Translations under genes and position numbers: made by a program | Part shown: piece after piece, positions 10,116-18,693 of the stretch | Position numbering within the stretch: the stretch's first letter is position 1 | How the letters are laid out: every line of letters starts with the position of its first letter | The notes under the pieces: model-generated | What the model was told of the DNA's origin: nothing | What the model saw: the letters and a program-made list of their open reading frames with translations, nothing else | Database searches by the model: none | Assembly (NCBI GenBank): GCA_036569325.1 | Contig: DATCQV010000116.1 | Location: 8,614-72,613 of the forward strand | Direction: 5' to 3' | Origin: Mucilaginibacter sp. | GTDB lineage: Bacteria > Bacteroidota > Bacteroidia > Sphingobacteriales > Sphingobacteriaceae | DNA length: 64,000 bases

Positions 10116-10764
10116 AGCGGCTCCGTTTCCATTTTTTAAATCTGAACTTGGGGAGATGTGTAGGGCAGCCAGTTGTTTTGTCTTTTTCCGTCAATTCATA
10201 TTAACAATTCGTTAACTATTCTGCTGCTATCTGCTGAGACGAAGATATTTAAAATTGGTGAAAAAATGGCATCCCTCTTCCACCACATAGGCCTTTAGCC
10301 TGGAACACGGTATAGGGACGCCATCAAATTCTAAAAAACAGCGGCTCCGTTTCCATTTTTTAAGTCTGTACTTAGGGAGAGGTGTAGGGCAGCCCGCCGT
10401 TTTGTCTTTTCTTCACAATCGTATTGATAATTTGCTATTTATTCTGTAACTGAAAATAGAAAACCGATATTTAAAATTTAAAAAAATGGCACCCTTCTTC
10501 CACCATATAGACCTTTAGCCGGAATACCCCCTTAGGGATACCATTAAATTCTTAGAAAAACAGCGGCTCCGTTTCCATCTTTTAAGTCTGAGCTTAGGGC
10601 GACGTGTAGGGCAGCCAGCTGTTTGTCTTTTCCCGGTCTGATTGCACTGAAAGAGGTGGCCAACCTTTTCCGATAGCAGTTGACGGGGCTATAATTAAAA
10701 AAACAACAATCCCCTTCCACCAAATAGAGCCTTGCGCCTGGAATCTGCCCTAGGACTTGCCGTT
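10116..10764 (-). repeat. Tandem array of three ~223-bp structured non-coding repeats downstream of the IS110 recombinase
   Basis: AGCGGCTCCGTTTCCAT recurs at 10116, 10340, 10562 (periods 224, 222). Second conserved block CTTCCACCAnATAG...GGAA...TAGG at about 10266-10324, 10486-10544, 10702-10764. A divergent ~55-nt segment lies between the blocks. Confidence 0.93.
10116..10764 (-). ncRNA. Putative bridge/seek-type guide RNA array (3 units)
   Basis: Compensatory changes in stems; G-U pairs work on the minus strand (recombinase strand) but are A-C mismatches on plus; unit size and stems with large internal loops resemble IS110/IS1111 guide RNAs. Function inferred. Confidence 0.6.
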
Positions 10765-10806
10765 TTAAGCTCTTTCCTGCCAACGCTGTAAAAAGATGGA
10801 TTTATA

Positions 10807-11910
10807 CTAACGTTCATAAAAAGTTGAAACCGTTTCTCTGGTTTCAACGCCAGTTGGGTCTAAAAGGTTTTGTGGGTTAAAATTCCCATCGGTCAGACGG
10901 ACGTAGCTGCGGTTCATACGAATGCAAGTGAATACCCGGTGAACCAATTTATTCCTTACCGCGTTCAGCACCAGCATTTTGGGCTTTTTATCCATTTGCG
11001 TTCTCCTTTGATAATAGCTTCGCAATTCGGGATCCCAGGTGATCGCTTTCATGGCGCACATATGTAGTAAAGATTTAATTTTTTTGTTCGCGATATGTGA
11101 TACCCTCCCTCGTTTTCGGGACAGACCCGACTCATTCTTAAACGGAGCTATACCGGCATAACAGGCGAATTTTTTGGCGTTGGTGATCGACCGGAATTCG
11201 TTCGTCGTTATCAGGATCTGGACCGCCGTCAGCGGACCCACGCCAGGCACAGAAGTGACCAGCTGGTATAAATGCGCAAGCGCCCGGTCGTTTTTGACGG
11301 CCAGTTTGATTTTTTTTTCCACTTTTTTAAGGTCGTTCCTAAGCGCCGTCAGGGAACGCTTTGATACCGACCTGTTGGCACGATCCTGTTCGCGTGGCAA
11401 AAAACCGTCGGCCTCATTGAGTGGAACCTCAAGCATATTGATGATTCTGATAAGCCTGTCCCGTATTAGTGTCAAGCTCATCAAAGTGATCAGTACAGGT
11501 CTTTTGGGCAACCACAGCCGCAGCGTATCTGCGGTTTTTTGTGCAAAATGGGCGATCAGCACCGAATCCCCGCCATCGGTCTTTTCCCGCACGATGCCCA
11601 GGGAGCGCTTGATATGAAGCGGATTCTCAACAGCGAAATTTACTTTACGGCCGTGTAGCGCGTCGATAAGATGGTTGCAATAAAAGCCCGTCGCCTCCAT
11701 ACAAAAGACAGCCTTTTTTAAGTTCAGACCTTCCGAAGTTTTTAGCTCGTCAAGGAAAGCTGAAATTGCTGTGGGGACATTTTTGATTTCCCGGTGGAGC
11801 AGTAACTTTTTATCCGCAGACAGAACAGCAAAATCGAGTTTGTTCTTTGAGACGTCGACGCCGATAAAATGTTCCGGCGAAAATTGCAGGTGCGTTTCAA
11901 GTAAATACAT
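10807..11910 (-). CDS. IS110-family DEDD recombinase/transposase
   Basis: GVDVSK (D), CMEATG (E), KTDGGDS (D,D); VPGVGPLTA; YAGIAPFKNESG with catalytic-type Ser; LNAVRNKL. Confidence 0.95.
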   Translation of the reverse strand: MYLLETHLQFSPEHFIGVDVSKNKLDFAVLSADKKLLLHREIKNVPTAISAFLDELKTSEGLNLKKAVFCMEATGFYCNHLIDALHGRKVNFAVENPLHIKRSLGIVREKTDGGDSVLIAHFAQKTADTLRLWLPKRPVLITLMSLTLIRDRLIRIINMLEVPLNEADGFLPREQDRANRSVSKRSLTALRNDLKKVEKKIKLAVKNDRALAHLYQLVTSVPGVGPLTAVQILITTNEFRSITNAKKFACYAGIAPFKNESGLSRKRGRVSHIANKKIKSLLHMCAMKAITWDPELRSYYQRRTQMDKKPKMLVLNAVRNKLVHRVFTCIRMNRSYVRLTDGNFNPQNLLDPTGVETRETVSTFYER

Positions 11911-11918
11911 GGTACAAT

Positions 11919-11940
11919 AATAGGGATTATAATCCCTATT
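11919..11940. promoter_or_regulatory. Perfect 22-bp palindrome, putative XRE operator
   Basis: AATAGGGATTATAATCCCTATT in the 60-bp gap between the divergent IS110 ATG (11910) and XRE ATG (11971). Confidence 0.65.
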
Positions 11941-11970
11941 TCAAAAGAAAAAAAAATCCTTTTATTGCAT

Positions 11971-12204
11971 ATGGCCAAAAAGAGTCAGCATCGCAATGAA
12001 GCTTTGATCGCATTACTGGCGAAGAACATCCGTGAGCAGCGTAAAATAAAAGGATGGACGATCGAAGAACTTGCTTTTGCCGTAGGGGTAGATTATTCAC
12101 AGATCGGCAGAATGGAACGCGGAATCGTTAATTTCAATATCTCGATTTTGTACGAAGTAAGCCAGGCCCTTGGCGTTCCTATCGAGGAGCTTTTTAAAGG
12201 CTGA
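11971..12204 (+). CDS. XRE/HTH_3 family transcriptional regulator
   Basis: NIREQRKIKGWTIEELAFAVGVDYSQIGRMERG...ALGVPIEELF, a classic Cro/C1 HTH. Confidence 0.9.
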   Translation: MAKKSQHRNEALIALLAKNIREQRKIKGWTIEELAFAVGVDYSQIGRMERGIVNFNISILYEVSQALGVPIEELFKG

Positions 12205-13336
12205 TTTTTCCTGTTAATTCCCGGTACATATCCATATAAGCATTGCGTAAATGCGCTTCAGAAAAATCATATTTAATCTGCGCGGCCGCACTACGGTGCG
12301 TATGGATGAAAACAGGATCGGTAGGCGAGATCTCACGCAACTGCGTTGCTAGGGAATCCTCGTCGAGATTTGCGATCCAGCCAAAACAATGCCGGGCAAT
12401 ATAATCCGACAAGCCCACATTAGGTGTTAGTAATACCGGTGTACCGACACTGAGACTTTCAATGACGACGTTACCAAAATTTTCATCATGGGAAGGAAGT
12501 ATCAACAGGTCATGTTTGGCCATGATTTCGAATTTGTGTTCGAACTGAAAACCGGCCCAGGAAATGTTTCGCTGGATCCCAAATTCATCTGCCATCGTTT
12601 TGAGCATTGCGATATAGGCCGGATCGCCGCTGCCCGCGATAGTCAGCATGTAGGAAGACGAAAGATTTTTAAGCGCCTTAAATAGTATATCAAGGCCTTT
12701 TTTTTCTTCTATGCGCCCGAAAAAAAGAAGTTTAAGATATTCCCCCGGCAATTGCTTGACGGGACTTTGATTAACGGACAACCGAACAAAATTCGGGATC
12801 GTAAAGATCTTTAGCGGGCTTAATAATGTGATGAGCGCATCGCGCTCTGCATCGGCCGTCGCGTGAAGGCAGCCGCGTGACAGCAATGGGGCGGAGCATT
12901 TAAAGATCAGTCGCTTAATCATTTTTTTTCGATTGAGAAACGAATAAGCGCTGAGTGTTCCACGCGGTGAAATGATGTAAGGCCTGCGTCGGAGGAAGGC
13001 AACGAGGCAAGATAAAATGGACGTAGCGTTCCACCATGCATGGATATGAATAACATCGTACTGCAAGGCCGTCTTCCATAATGCCAGGAGAAGTGAGGGG
13101 GAAAAATGTGAATGATCTTTGGTGAGCCTGCTAAAGTAGGTTACGCTGACACCCTCGACATTAACAACTGCGCCGGCTTCAACGGAAAGCTCTTCTGCTC
13201 CGTTAGCCGTCGTCGTGAAAACATGGCTGTTTATTCCTGCTTTTGCCAGTTGTTCACTGAGCTGAGAGACCGACATGGTTGGGCCGCCATAGATGTAAGC
13301 AGGTTTATAAGAGGCACTTATTTGTAAGATTTTCAA
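12194..13336 (-). CDS. GT4 glycosyltransferase (resembles XrtY-associated XYAG1 type)
   Basis: MKILQISASYKPAYIYGGP; GRIEEKKG; PSHDENFGNVVIESL. Confidence 0.9.
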   Translation of the reverse strand: MKILQISASYKPAYIYGGPTMSVSQLSEQLAKAGINSHVFTTTANGAEELSVEAGAVVNVEGVSVTYFSRLTKDHSHFSPSLLLALWKTALQYDVIHIHAWWNATSILSCLVAFLRRRPYIISPRGTLSAYSFLNRKKMIKRLIFKCSAPLLSRGCLHATADAERDALITLLSPLKIFTIPNFVRLSVNQSPVKQLPGEYLKLLFFGRIEEKKGLDILFKALKNLSSSYMLTIAGSGDPAYIAMLKTMADEFGIQRNISWAGFQFEHKFEIMAKHDLLILPSHDENFGNVVIESLSVGTPVLLTPNVGLSDYIARHCFGWIANLDEDSLATQLREISPTDPVFIHTHRSAAAQIKYDFSEAHLRNAYMDMYRELTGKISL

Positions 13337-13475
13337 GTATCAATTCATTGCGTATATCCCGATGAGCGAATCCGGTCGGTCGATATACTTACCTATACAC
13401 TGGACAAATTCACCTTTGCCAGATCTCCGGGTAAAAGTATAGATAAAAACAACGGCTTCAAAGTGTTTAGGGATG

Positions 13476-13514
13476 AGCTGAAAAATTACTAAAAATATTA
13501 GTAATTTTTCAGCT
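13476..13514. repeat. Perfect 17-bp inverted repeat with 5-nt loop
   Basis: AGCTGAAAAATTACTAA-aaata-TTAGTAATTTTTCAGCT. Confidence 0.8.
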
Positions 13515-13529
13515 ATTTATTATAATAGC

Positions 13530-13840
13530 AAAACCACCGCCTAAGGCGGTAGGTTAGGTGTGAAGGCTACGCCAGAAAGCGCTATCTTAGTAATTGTGAC
13601 GAAATACAGAAAATTATCTCATAGCTTTTACTATTGTGTTTACCATGTAGTGTGGACGCCGAAATATCGCTTCAGGGTATTGACAGATGTAGTAGCAGAT
13701 ACGTTGGAAAATAAAATACGGGCCATATGTGGATGGAAAGAAGTGGAGATATTGGAGATAAACTGACCTGAAATTGTTTTAACGAACACCCCCTTTCAGG
13801 GGTTAGGATAAAGCCCCCACCTTTGGTGGGGGTTATTTAC
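13530..13840 (+). mobile_element. Internally deleted IS200/IS605-family element
   Basis: Left hairpin ACCGCC-taa-GGCGGT, truncated tnpA, right hairpin CCCCCACC-ttt-GGTGGGGG. Confidence 0.75.
13596..13766 (+). pseudogene. tnpA: Truncated Y1 transposase
   Basis: YRKLSHSFYYCVYHVVWTPKYRFRVL...EILEIN then stop just before the HUH motif. Confidence 0.85.
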
Positions 13841-13854
13841 TTAGCTTTGAAGCT

Positions 13855-14460
13855 ATGGCGAATAGTTTAACATTAGTTGAAATAAGTGCTTTTTCGGGGC
13901 TTGCGGGCGCTTTGCTGACGCAACTGGTGACGGCGTTTAATACGTACCTGACGGACAGGCGTAAACAAAGCTTTGAGCTGGGTGCAGAATACCGGGCCAG
14001 GAAAGCGGAAACCGGCGAGCATTTCTATTTCATGACCGGTGAGAAAATGGCCGCCATCAAAAAGAATGTCGGCTACTGGCGCAACTGGAATAATTCGAGG
14101 TCGTCGTCCAGCCTGCAATTCCTGACGGCGGAAACCCGGCAATTCAATGCGCAGTTGGAAAAGCTGGACAGCGAAAACTGGAAGTACAACCTGGTTGAAA
14201 TGTATTACGGCATCGAATTCACCCAGGCAAAAGTACATGAATCGAATGACCGGTCTCACCGCCTTTACCTGGCCTATCTGGACGTCGCCGACCGGATCAC
14301 CGGGGCGTCGGAAGACGAAACGGAAACGTTATACCAGCGGTACGCGACGATCGTATTCGAGATGTGCGGCCATTACGAGCAGGTGTATCAACTCCTGGAA
14401 CGGGACCGGCAACTGGTCAGAAACGAACTTGCCGGCATGTTTGCCCGGATTAAGATTTAA
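13855..14460 (+). CDS. Hypothetical protein with N-terminal hydrophobic helix
   Basis: 201-aa ORF with coding-like composition; no family recognised. Confidence 0.7.
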   Translation: MANSLTLVEISAFSGLAGALLTQLVTAFNTYLTDRRKQSFELGAEYRARKAETGEHFYFMTGEKMAAIKKNVGYWRNWNNSRSSSSLQFLTAETRQFNAQLEKLDSENWKYNLVEMYYGIEFTQAKVHESNDRSHRLYLAYLDVADRITGASEDETETLYQRYATIVFEMCGHYEQVYQLLERDRQLVRNELAGMFARIKI

Positions 14461-14541
14461 CATTTTGAGGGTCAGTCTGTTCCGGCGAAAATCATCCTCT
14501 CGAACCCCGCCTTTAAGAGCTCTAAACTGTAAGCGTCTGCA

Positions 14542-16068
14542 TCACCGCATATTATTATACCTGCAATTGTTGACTTCGTCGAAAACCGGTTTGACACGTT
14601 CCCTGCCCCAGATGAGCTTGCCTGCTTTTTGCGGGTGTTCTAAAAAGTGTTTGTTCCTTTCCGCGAAATGGCGGTCGATAGCTTGAGCGCAGGCTTCGGT
14701 ACTTTCGTAATCGCTGTTGTGGATGACGGCTTTAGCGAGGCCGCTGAAGACAGATTCGATGACATTTAGAAACTGGGCGGAGGCCGGGAGGGGGGCGAGT
14801 TCGACATCGGGTGTGCCTGGGTCGCCGTTGATTTCGGCAATTCGGGTATTGAGTTTTTTGGAAGCGTGCCAGCTCGCTGCGTCCCAGGAAAAATAAAGCT
14901 TATCTTGTGTTGCATATTGCAATAGCAAGACTTCGATCAGTTTAATCATTTCTTCCGTATTTTTATGCCTGGAATAGAAGTGCGTGACTTGATTGGTCGA
15001 GAGTTCCAAGGCCGCTGTGACGATTAGCCAGCCCTTGCTCTTTTGAACTTGCGGAACGGCAACGACCTCTTTGGTGAAGGTCCTGCCACCTTTGATTTTA
15101 ACGGAGAAATGCCCGTATTCATCTACCGAAAAGAACTTTTCATTCGGACCCAGGTTGGAAAGGATGTTTTTGATATGATCCAGTTTTTCCCGGAAACGCG
15201 GGTCTGGGCTGGTTAATATCTCGCGGGATTTGCGAAAGCCAAAACCCATGCTTTTCAGGTGTGTCGATACGGTCATTGCGCCAATAGATTGCCCACAGAC
15301 CTTGTCATAAACTGCCGCCAGATCGATGAGCCGCCAGGAACTGCGGTTCAGGCCGTGCAAAGCAGGCGACTCATGTAATATTTTAACCAGGTTATCCCGG
15401 GTAGTTTTAATTCTTGCCCTGATGTTATCATTGACACCCGCCGGCCTGGTTATCAGGCCATCCAGGCCCTGTCTTTTATAGTGATCGATCCAGCGCTGGA
15501 CGGTCTGCACGTTGCGTTCCACCTGTGTGGCCATTTCATGAACATTTCTTTTATTGAGCGAGCCCAATAGTACCGTCGCCCTTTTCCATTTATCCAGTTC
15601 GTTGGCGCGTTTCCAGTGCTGAAGTACCGCCAAATCATTAGGTGTAATCTCCCTTATGCGACGGTGGACATATACGCAGGCACCGGTTTTTCTTTGCCAG
15701 GCCAGGTAGTGGATGGTGAACTGTTGCAGGCTGTAGCCACCTGGACGTGTTTCCCGGTAAGCCTGCCATAAAGGAATCAGCTGTACCTGCGGCGTAACAG
15801 CGCACTCCATTAAGCCGGGCAGTAAGGCGATCAGCTCGTCGTAACGTTCGTCTACCGGTCGGATATATTTCTTCTTAGGCAGCCTGAATTTGAAATCGCT
15901 TAGCTTATCCGGGTAGTGTTTTTTAATTTCTCTAAACTCCTTTCGATATTTATTAATCGTCGAGGCACACAATCCCAGCTTCGTAGCCAGCTCCAATGAA
16001 TTAACTGGCCCGTCGATAAAATCCTGCCGGATCGCGTGTACCTTATACCTTGCCGATTGTGTTACCAT
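14542..16068 (-). CDS. IS630-family DDE transposase with extended N-terminus
   Basis: FFSVDEYG (D), FSWDAASWH (D), LNVIESVFS (E); central HTH region. Confidence 0.88.
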   Translation of the reverse strand: MVTQSARYKVHAIRQDFIDGPVNSLELATKLGLCASTINKYRKEFREIKKHYPDKLSDFKFRLPKKKYIRPVDERYDELIALLPGLMECAVTPQVQLIPLWQAYRETRPGGYSLQQFTIHYLAWQRKTGACVYVHRRIREITPNDLAVLQHWKRANELDKWKRATVLLGSLNKRNVHEMATQVERNVQTVQRWIDHYKRQGLDGLITRPAGVNDNIRARIKTTRDNLVKILHESPALHGLNRSSWRLIDLAAVYDKVCGQSIGAMTVSTHLKSMGFGFRKSREILTSPDPRFREKLDHIKNILSNLGPNEKFFSVDEYGHFSVKIKGGRTFTKEVVAVPQVQKSKGWLIVTAALELSTNQVTHFYSRHKNTEEMIKLIEVLLLQYATQDKLYFSWDAASWHASKKLNTRIAEINGDPGTPDVELAPLPASAQFLNVIESVFSGLAKAVIHNSDYESTEACAQAIDRHFAERNKHFLEHPQKAGKLIWGRERVKPVFDEVNNCRYNNMR

Positions 16069-16143
16069 TTTTAACTTGTTGGAGACCTGATGATTATTTC
16101 ACGAGATAGCGTCGATACGCCGAATTGTCATTGTTCCTGGAAT

Positions 16144-16461
16144 TTATTTGGGCGGTAAATAGGGAAGTGTAAACCGGTCGCTATGGAAGATGTATTCCCG
16201 CCATTCCCAGAATCGCCAGGGTTTGATGGTGAATGTCCTGTACAGTTTGTTATCGCCTGTATCCTTTTCAGGATGTTCGCAAAGAAACGCTCCGTAGGAA
16301 ATTAGACAACTTTTAAATGAATTTCCTTTGCCACCTTCTTCTGAATAATTAAACGAACCGTCAATATTCCTGTAAACGTAATTTTCTGAAGAAATAAAAT
16401 CAAGAAATGGAAGGTTCATCAATAATACTATGGTAATAAAAAAAAGTACTATCCTCTTCAT
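16144..16461 (-). CDS. Small membrane/secreted hypothetical protein
   Basis: Hydrophobic N-terminus MKRIVLFFITIVLL; LYRTFTIKPWRFWEW; follows the lipoprotein gene closely. Confidence 0.7.
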   Translation of the reverse strand: MKRIVLFFITIVLLMNLPFLDFISSENYVYRNIDGSFNYSEEGGKGNSFKSCLISYGAFLCEHPEKDTGDNKLYRTFTIKPWRFWEWREYIFHSDRFTLPYLPPK

Positions 16462-16469
16462 ATTCAACG

Positions 16470-17834
16470 TTAATTGCATGGGCCTTTGCTAATTGGAGTA
16501 ATTCCTCCATTTGTATTTACATTACTTTGCCCTTTTAGTTTTTCAATACTTTGTCCCAATCCTGCCGGCGACATTCCCTGCAAAACGCCATGACCGCCTG
16601 CATCAATGCCAAAAGCGGTAAAAGGATTAGGTAATTTGATACCGCCTTCCTGGCAGGCATAATACACAAAATCCGTACAGTTAAAGTTAACCAGGTCATA
16701 GACTTCCGGCGGAGTGGAGATGTAATTCGTTATCAGTTTAAAATTTGTTGCTGATACCTCGTAAGTAATTGAGACATCAAAATCTATATTGGTGTTATTC
16801 ACAATTTTCGAGGGAGCGTGCAACTTGTCAAGGCCGGTGGCATTCGGGTAGAAGCCGACGACCTGCGTGATGGACTGGCTGCCATTCGTTTTGGTTAGTC
16901 CGATCGCCGTATGCCCGACAGAATTGGGCCCGATGTTGAACGACGTGCCCGGAAAAGGTTCGACGACATAGACGGTAATGGTCATTTTAGCGCCGGCGTC
17001 AGGAATGTTGCCGAAGCAGGTCATGAATGTTTTGGGGTCGACGGCAGGACCGGCTTCACCAGGCAGGTTGGATACCGGGGGAGGGTCGGCAGGCGCATCA
17101 CCGCCGCTGCCGTCGTGCGGGGCACCGAGGTAATCTCCCGAACCGCCGTCAAATCCACCCGGCGCCGAGCCTGTCTCAGAAAATGAACAGTCGCGTTCGG
17201 AGTAAACGACTAGACCACCGTCAGCGTCGATATAGTTGGCATCCACCCATTCGCATTCGGCAACGGGGGCAACATAATCGGTATGAATCGCGCTATTCCC
17301 CGCGGCTTGTTCCCTAGGCCTGATTTCTCCGGCGACCTTGCCGCCGGAGTACACGCTTCCCCCGAGCAGGTGGTAGCTTAAGTCGTAGACGAACAGCCGG
17401 CCGGTAAAGTCCGCCGTTGTGGGCGTCTTTTTGCGCTGAAGGTAAAGTCCATCGGGGACGATTTCCAGAATGCGGGCGGAAAGCCTGCCCTGCTCATCCT
17501 TTAAAAAAACGATTTTACGGTAACCGCCGCCATACTTGCCAAGCCTCGGTTTCCCGTCAGTTTCCGCCAGCCAGTACCCGGCGGATTTATTGGCATAATT
17601 CCTGGCGCCGTCCCACGAAACGGTAATGTTTTGCAAAGAAGGCGCGCTGCCGCTGCTGTTGGTCGTTAGGCTGACGCCGGAAACCTGTTGCGCTGCGAAC
17701 CATTGTTGAATTTGCGCAATGGAAAAAGATGCCGTATCTCGGCTGCCGTTAACCGCAGAGCGGGCAGGTGGCTCTTTCTGACAGGCCTCGAGCAGCGTAG
17801 CTAAAGTTAAAAGGACCAGGAGTAATTTTTTCAT
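16470..17834 (-). CDS. Lipoprotein with Gly/Pro linker and C-terminal His/Cys domain
   Basis: Lipobox LEAC; GGSG-rich linker; VGHTAIGL...YDLVNFNCTDF. Confidence 0.75.
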   Translation of the reverse strand: MKKLLLVLLTLATLLEACQKEPPARSAVNGSRDTASFSIAQIQQWFAAQQVSGVSLTTNSSGSAPSLQNITVSWDGARNYANKSAGYWLAETDGKPRLGKYGGGYRKIVFLKDEQGRLSARILEIVPDGLYLQRKKTPTTADFTGRLFVYDLSYHLLGGSVYSGGKVAGEIRPREQAAGNSAIHTDYVAPVAECEWVDANYIDADGGLVVYSERDCSFSETGSAPGGFDGGSGDYLGAPHDGSGGDAPADPPPVSNLPGEAGPAVDPKTFMTCFGNIPDAGAKMTITVYVVEPFPGTSFNIGPNSVGHTAIGLTKTNGSQSITQVVGFYPNATGLDKLHAPSKIVNNTNIDFDVSITYEVSATNFKLITNYISTPPEVYDLVNFNCTDFVYYACQEGGIKLPNPFTAFGIDAGGHGVLQGMSPAGLGQSIEKLKGQSNVNTNGGITPISKGPCN

Positions 17835-18451
17835 AGCTGTTTGGTGTTTTTAGGAGGTCTTTGGGCGCGGATGCGGCTGAGGGTCTCCTGGTTGATGTTG
17901 AGGTAAGAGGCAATATCTTTCAGCGGCGCCTTTTGTAATATTTCGGGGTGAGTGGCCATCAGGCTGGCATAGCGTGCTGCCGGGTTTCTCGTCCGCAGCA
18001 GGATGGCACGCTCTTCCGACTGCAGGTAATATTTTTCAGTCAGCAACCGCCCGTGAAAGTTGAATTCCGGGAAATCTTTATAGACAGTTTGCACCAGTTC
18101 CCACGTCAGCGACAATAACATGCTGTCTTCGAGAAGTTCTATATTTTCCGCGGCAGGCTGCTGGCGGTAAAAGCCATAAACGCTCAGCATCAGGTCGCCT
18201 CCACCCATAAACCAGAGCGTATGTTCCCGGCCATCGCGGTCGATATAAAACGACCGCGCGAATCCTTTGCAGATGAAGTAGATCTTGCGGGCGATATTGC
18301 CTTCCTGGAGCAGGATCGTTTTTTTGGGATGCGTTTCCGGCCGTAAGTAAGTGCGCACCCGCTCGGTAAAAGCGTAAGATACCGGTGAGATGAAATTGAA
18401 GACCCGGAAAAGACTTTCAAAGGCTTGTTCTTCCTCTGCTTGGCTATTCAT
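17831..18451 (-). CDS. Crp/Fnr family regulator
   Basis: cNMP-binding fold (IYFICKGFARSFY), C-terminal IASYLNINQETLSRIR. Confidence 0.92.
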   Translation of the reverse strand: MNSQAEEEQAFESLFRVFNFISPVSYAFTERVRTYLRPETHPKKTILLQEGNIARKIYFICKGFARSFYIDRDGREHTLWFMGGGDLMLSVYGFYRQQPAAENIELLEDSMLLSLTWELVQTVYKDFPEFNFHGRLLTEKYYLQSEERAILLRTRNPAARYASLMATHPEILQKAPLKDIASYLNINQETLSRIRAQRPPKNTKQL

Positions 18452-18693
18452 GTTGATTATAGGTTAATTTTTAAGTATTGGTTAATGCAATTATGCATAA
18501 ATAAATTAATTGTTGCAAAAATAAATTTCGTAAAACGGTATTTTTTTGATTTCGATCAACCGGGAAACGGACCGGATTACCCATAATGCGGAGCTCATAA
18601 TAACGGCGGGCTGGGGAAATTTAATTGACAGCGGTCAAGGAAATAGGGGAGGGAAGCTGCGTATTTCGCTGTATAAACTTTTAATTAAATTTT

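Noticed and set aside
10116-10764. CRISPR array interpretation of the tandem repeats
   Set aside because: Units are ~223 bp with long imperfect conserved blocks, two of the variable middles are related to each other, and no cas genes are present
10544-10783. 79-aa ORF over the repeat array
   Set aside because: No recognisable protein; indels between units break frame while stems show compensatory changes, favouring RNA-level constraint
14461-14541. CTCGAACCC as a tRNA-derived left att site or IS630 end
   Set aside because: Too short; no matching core with the 48080 site and no inverted repeat partner
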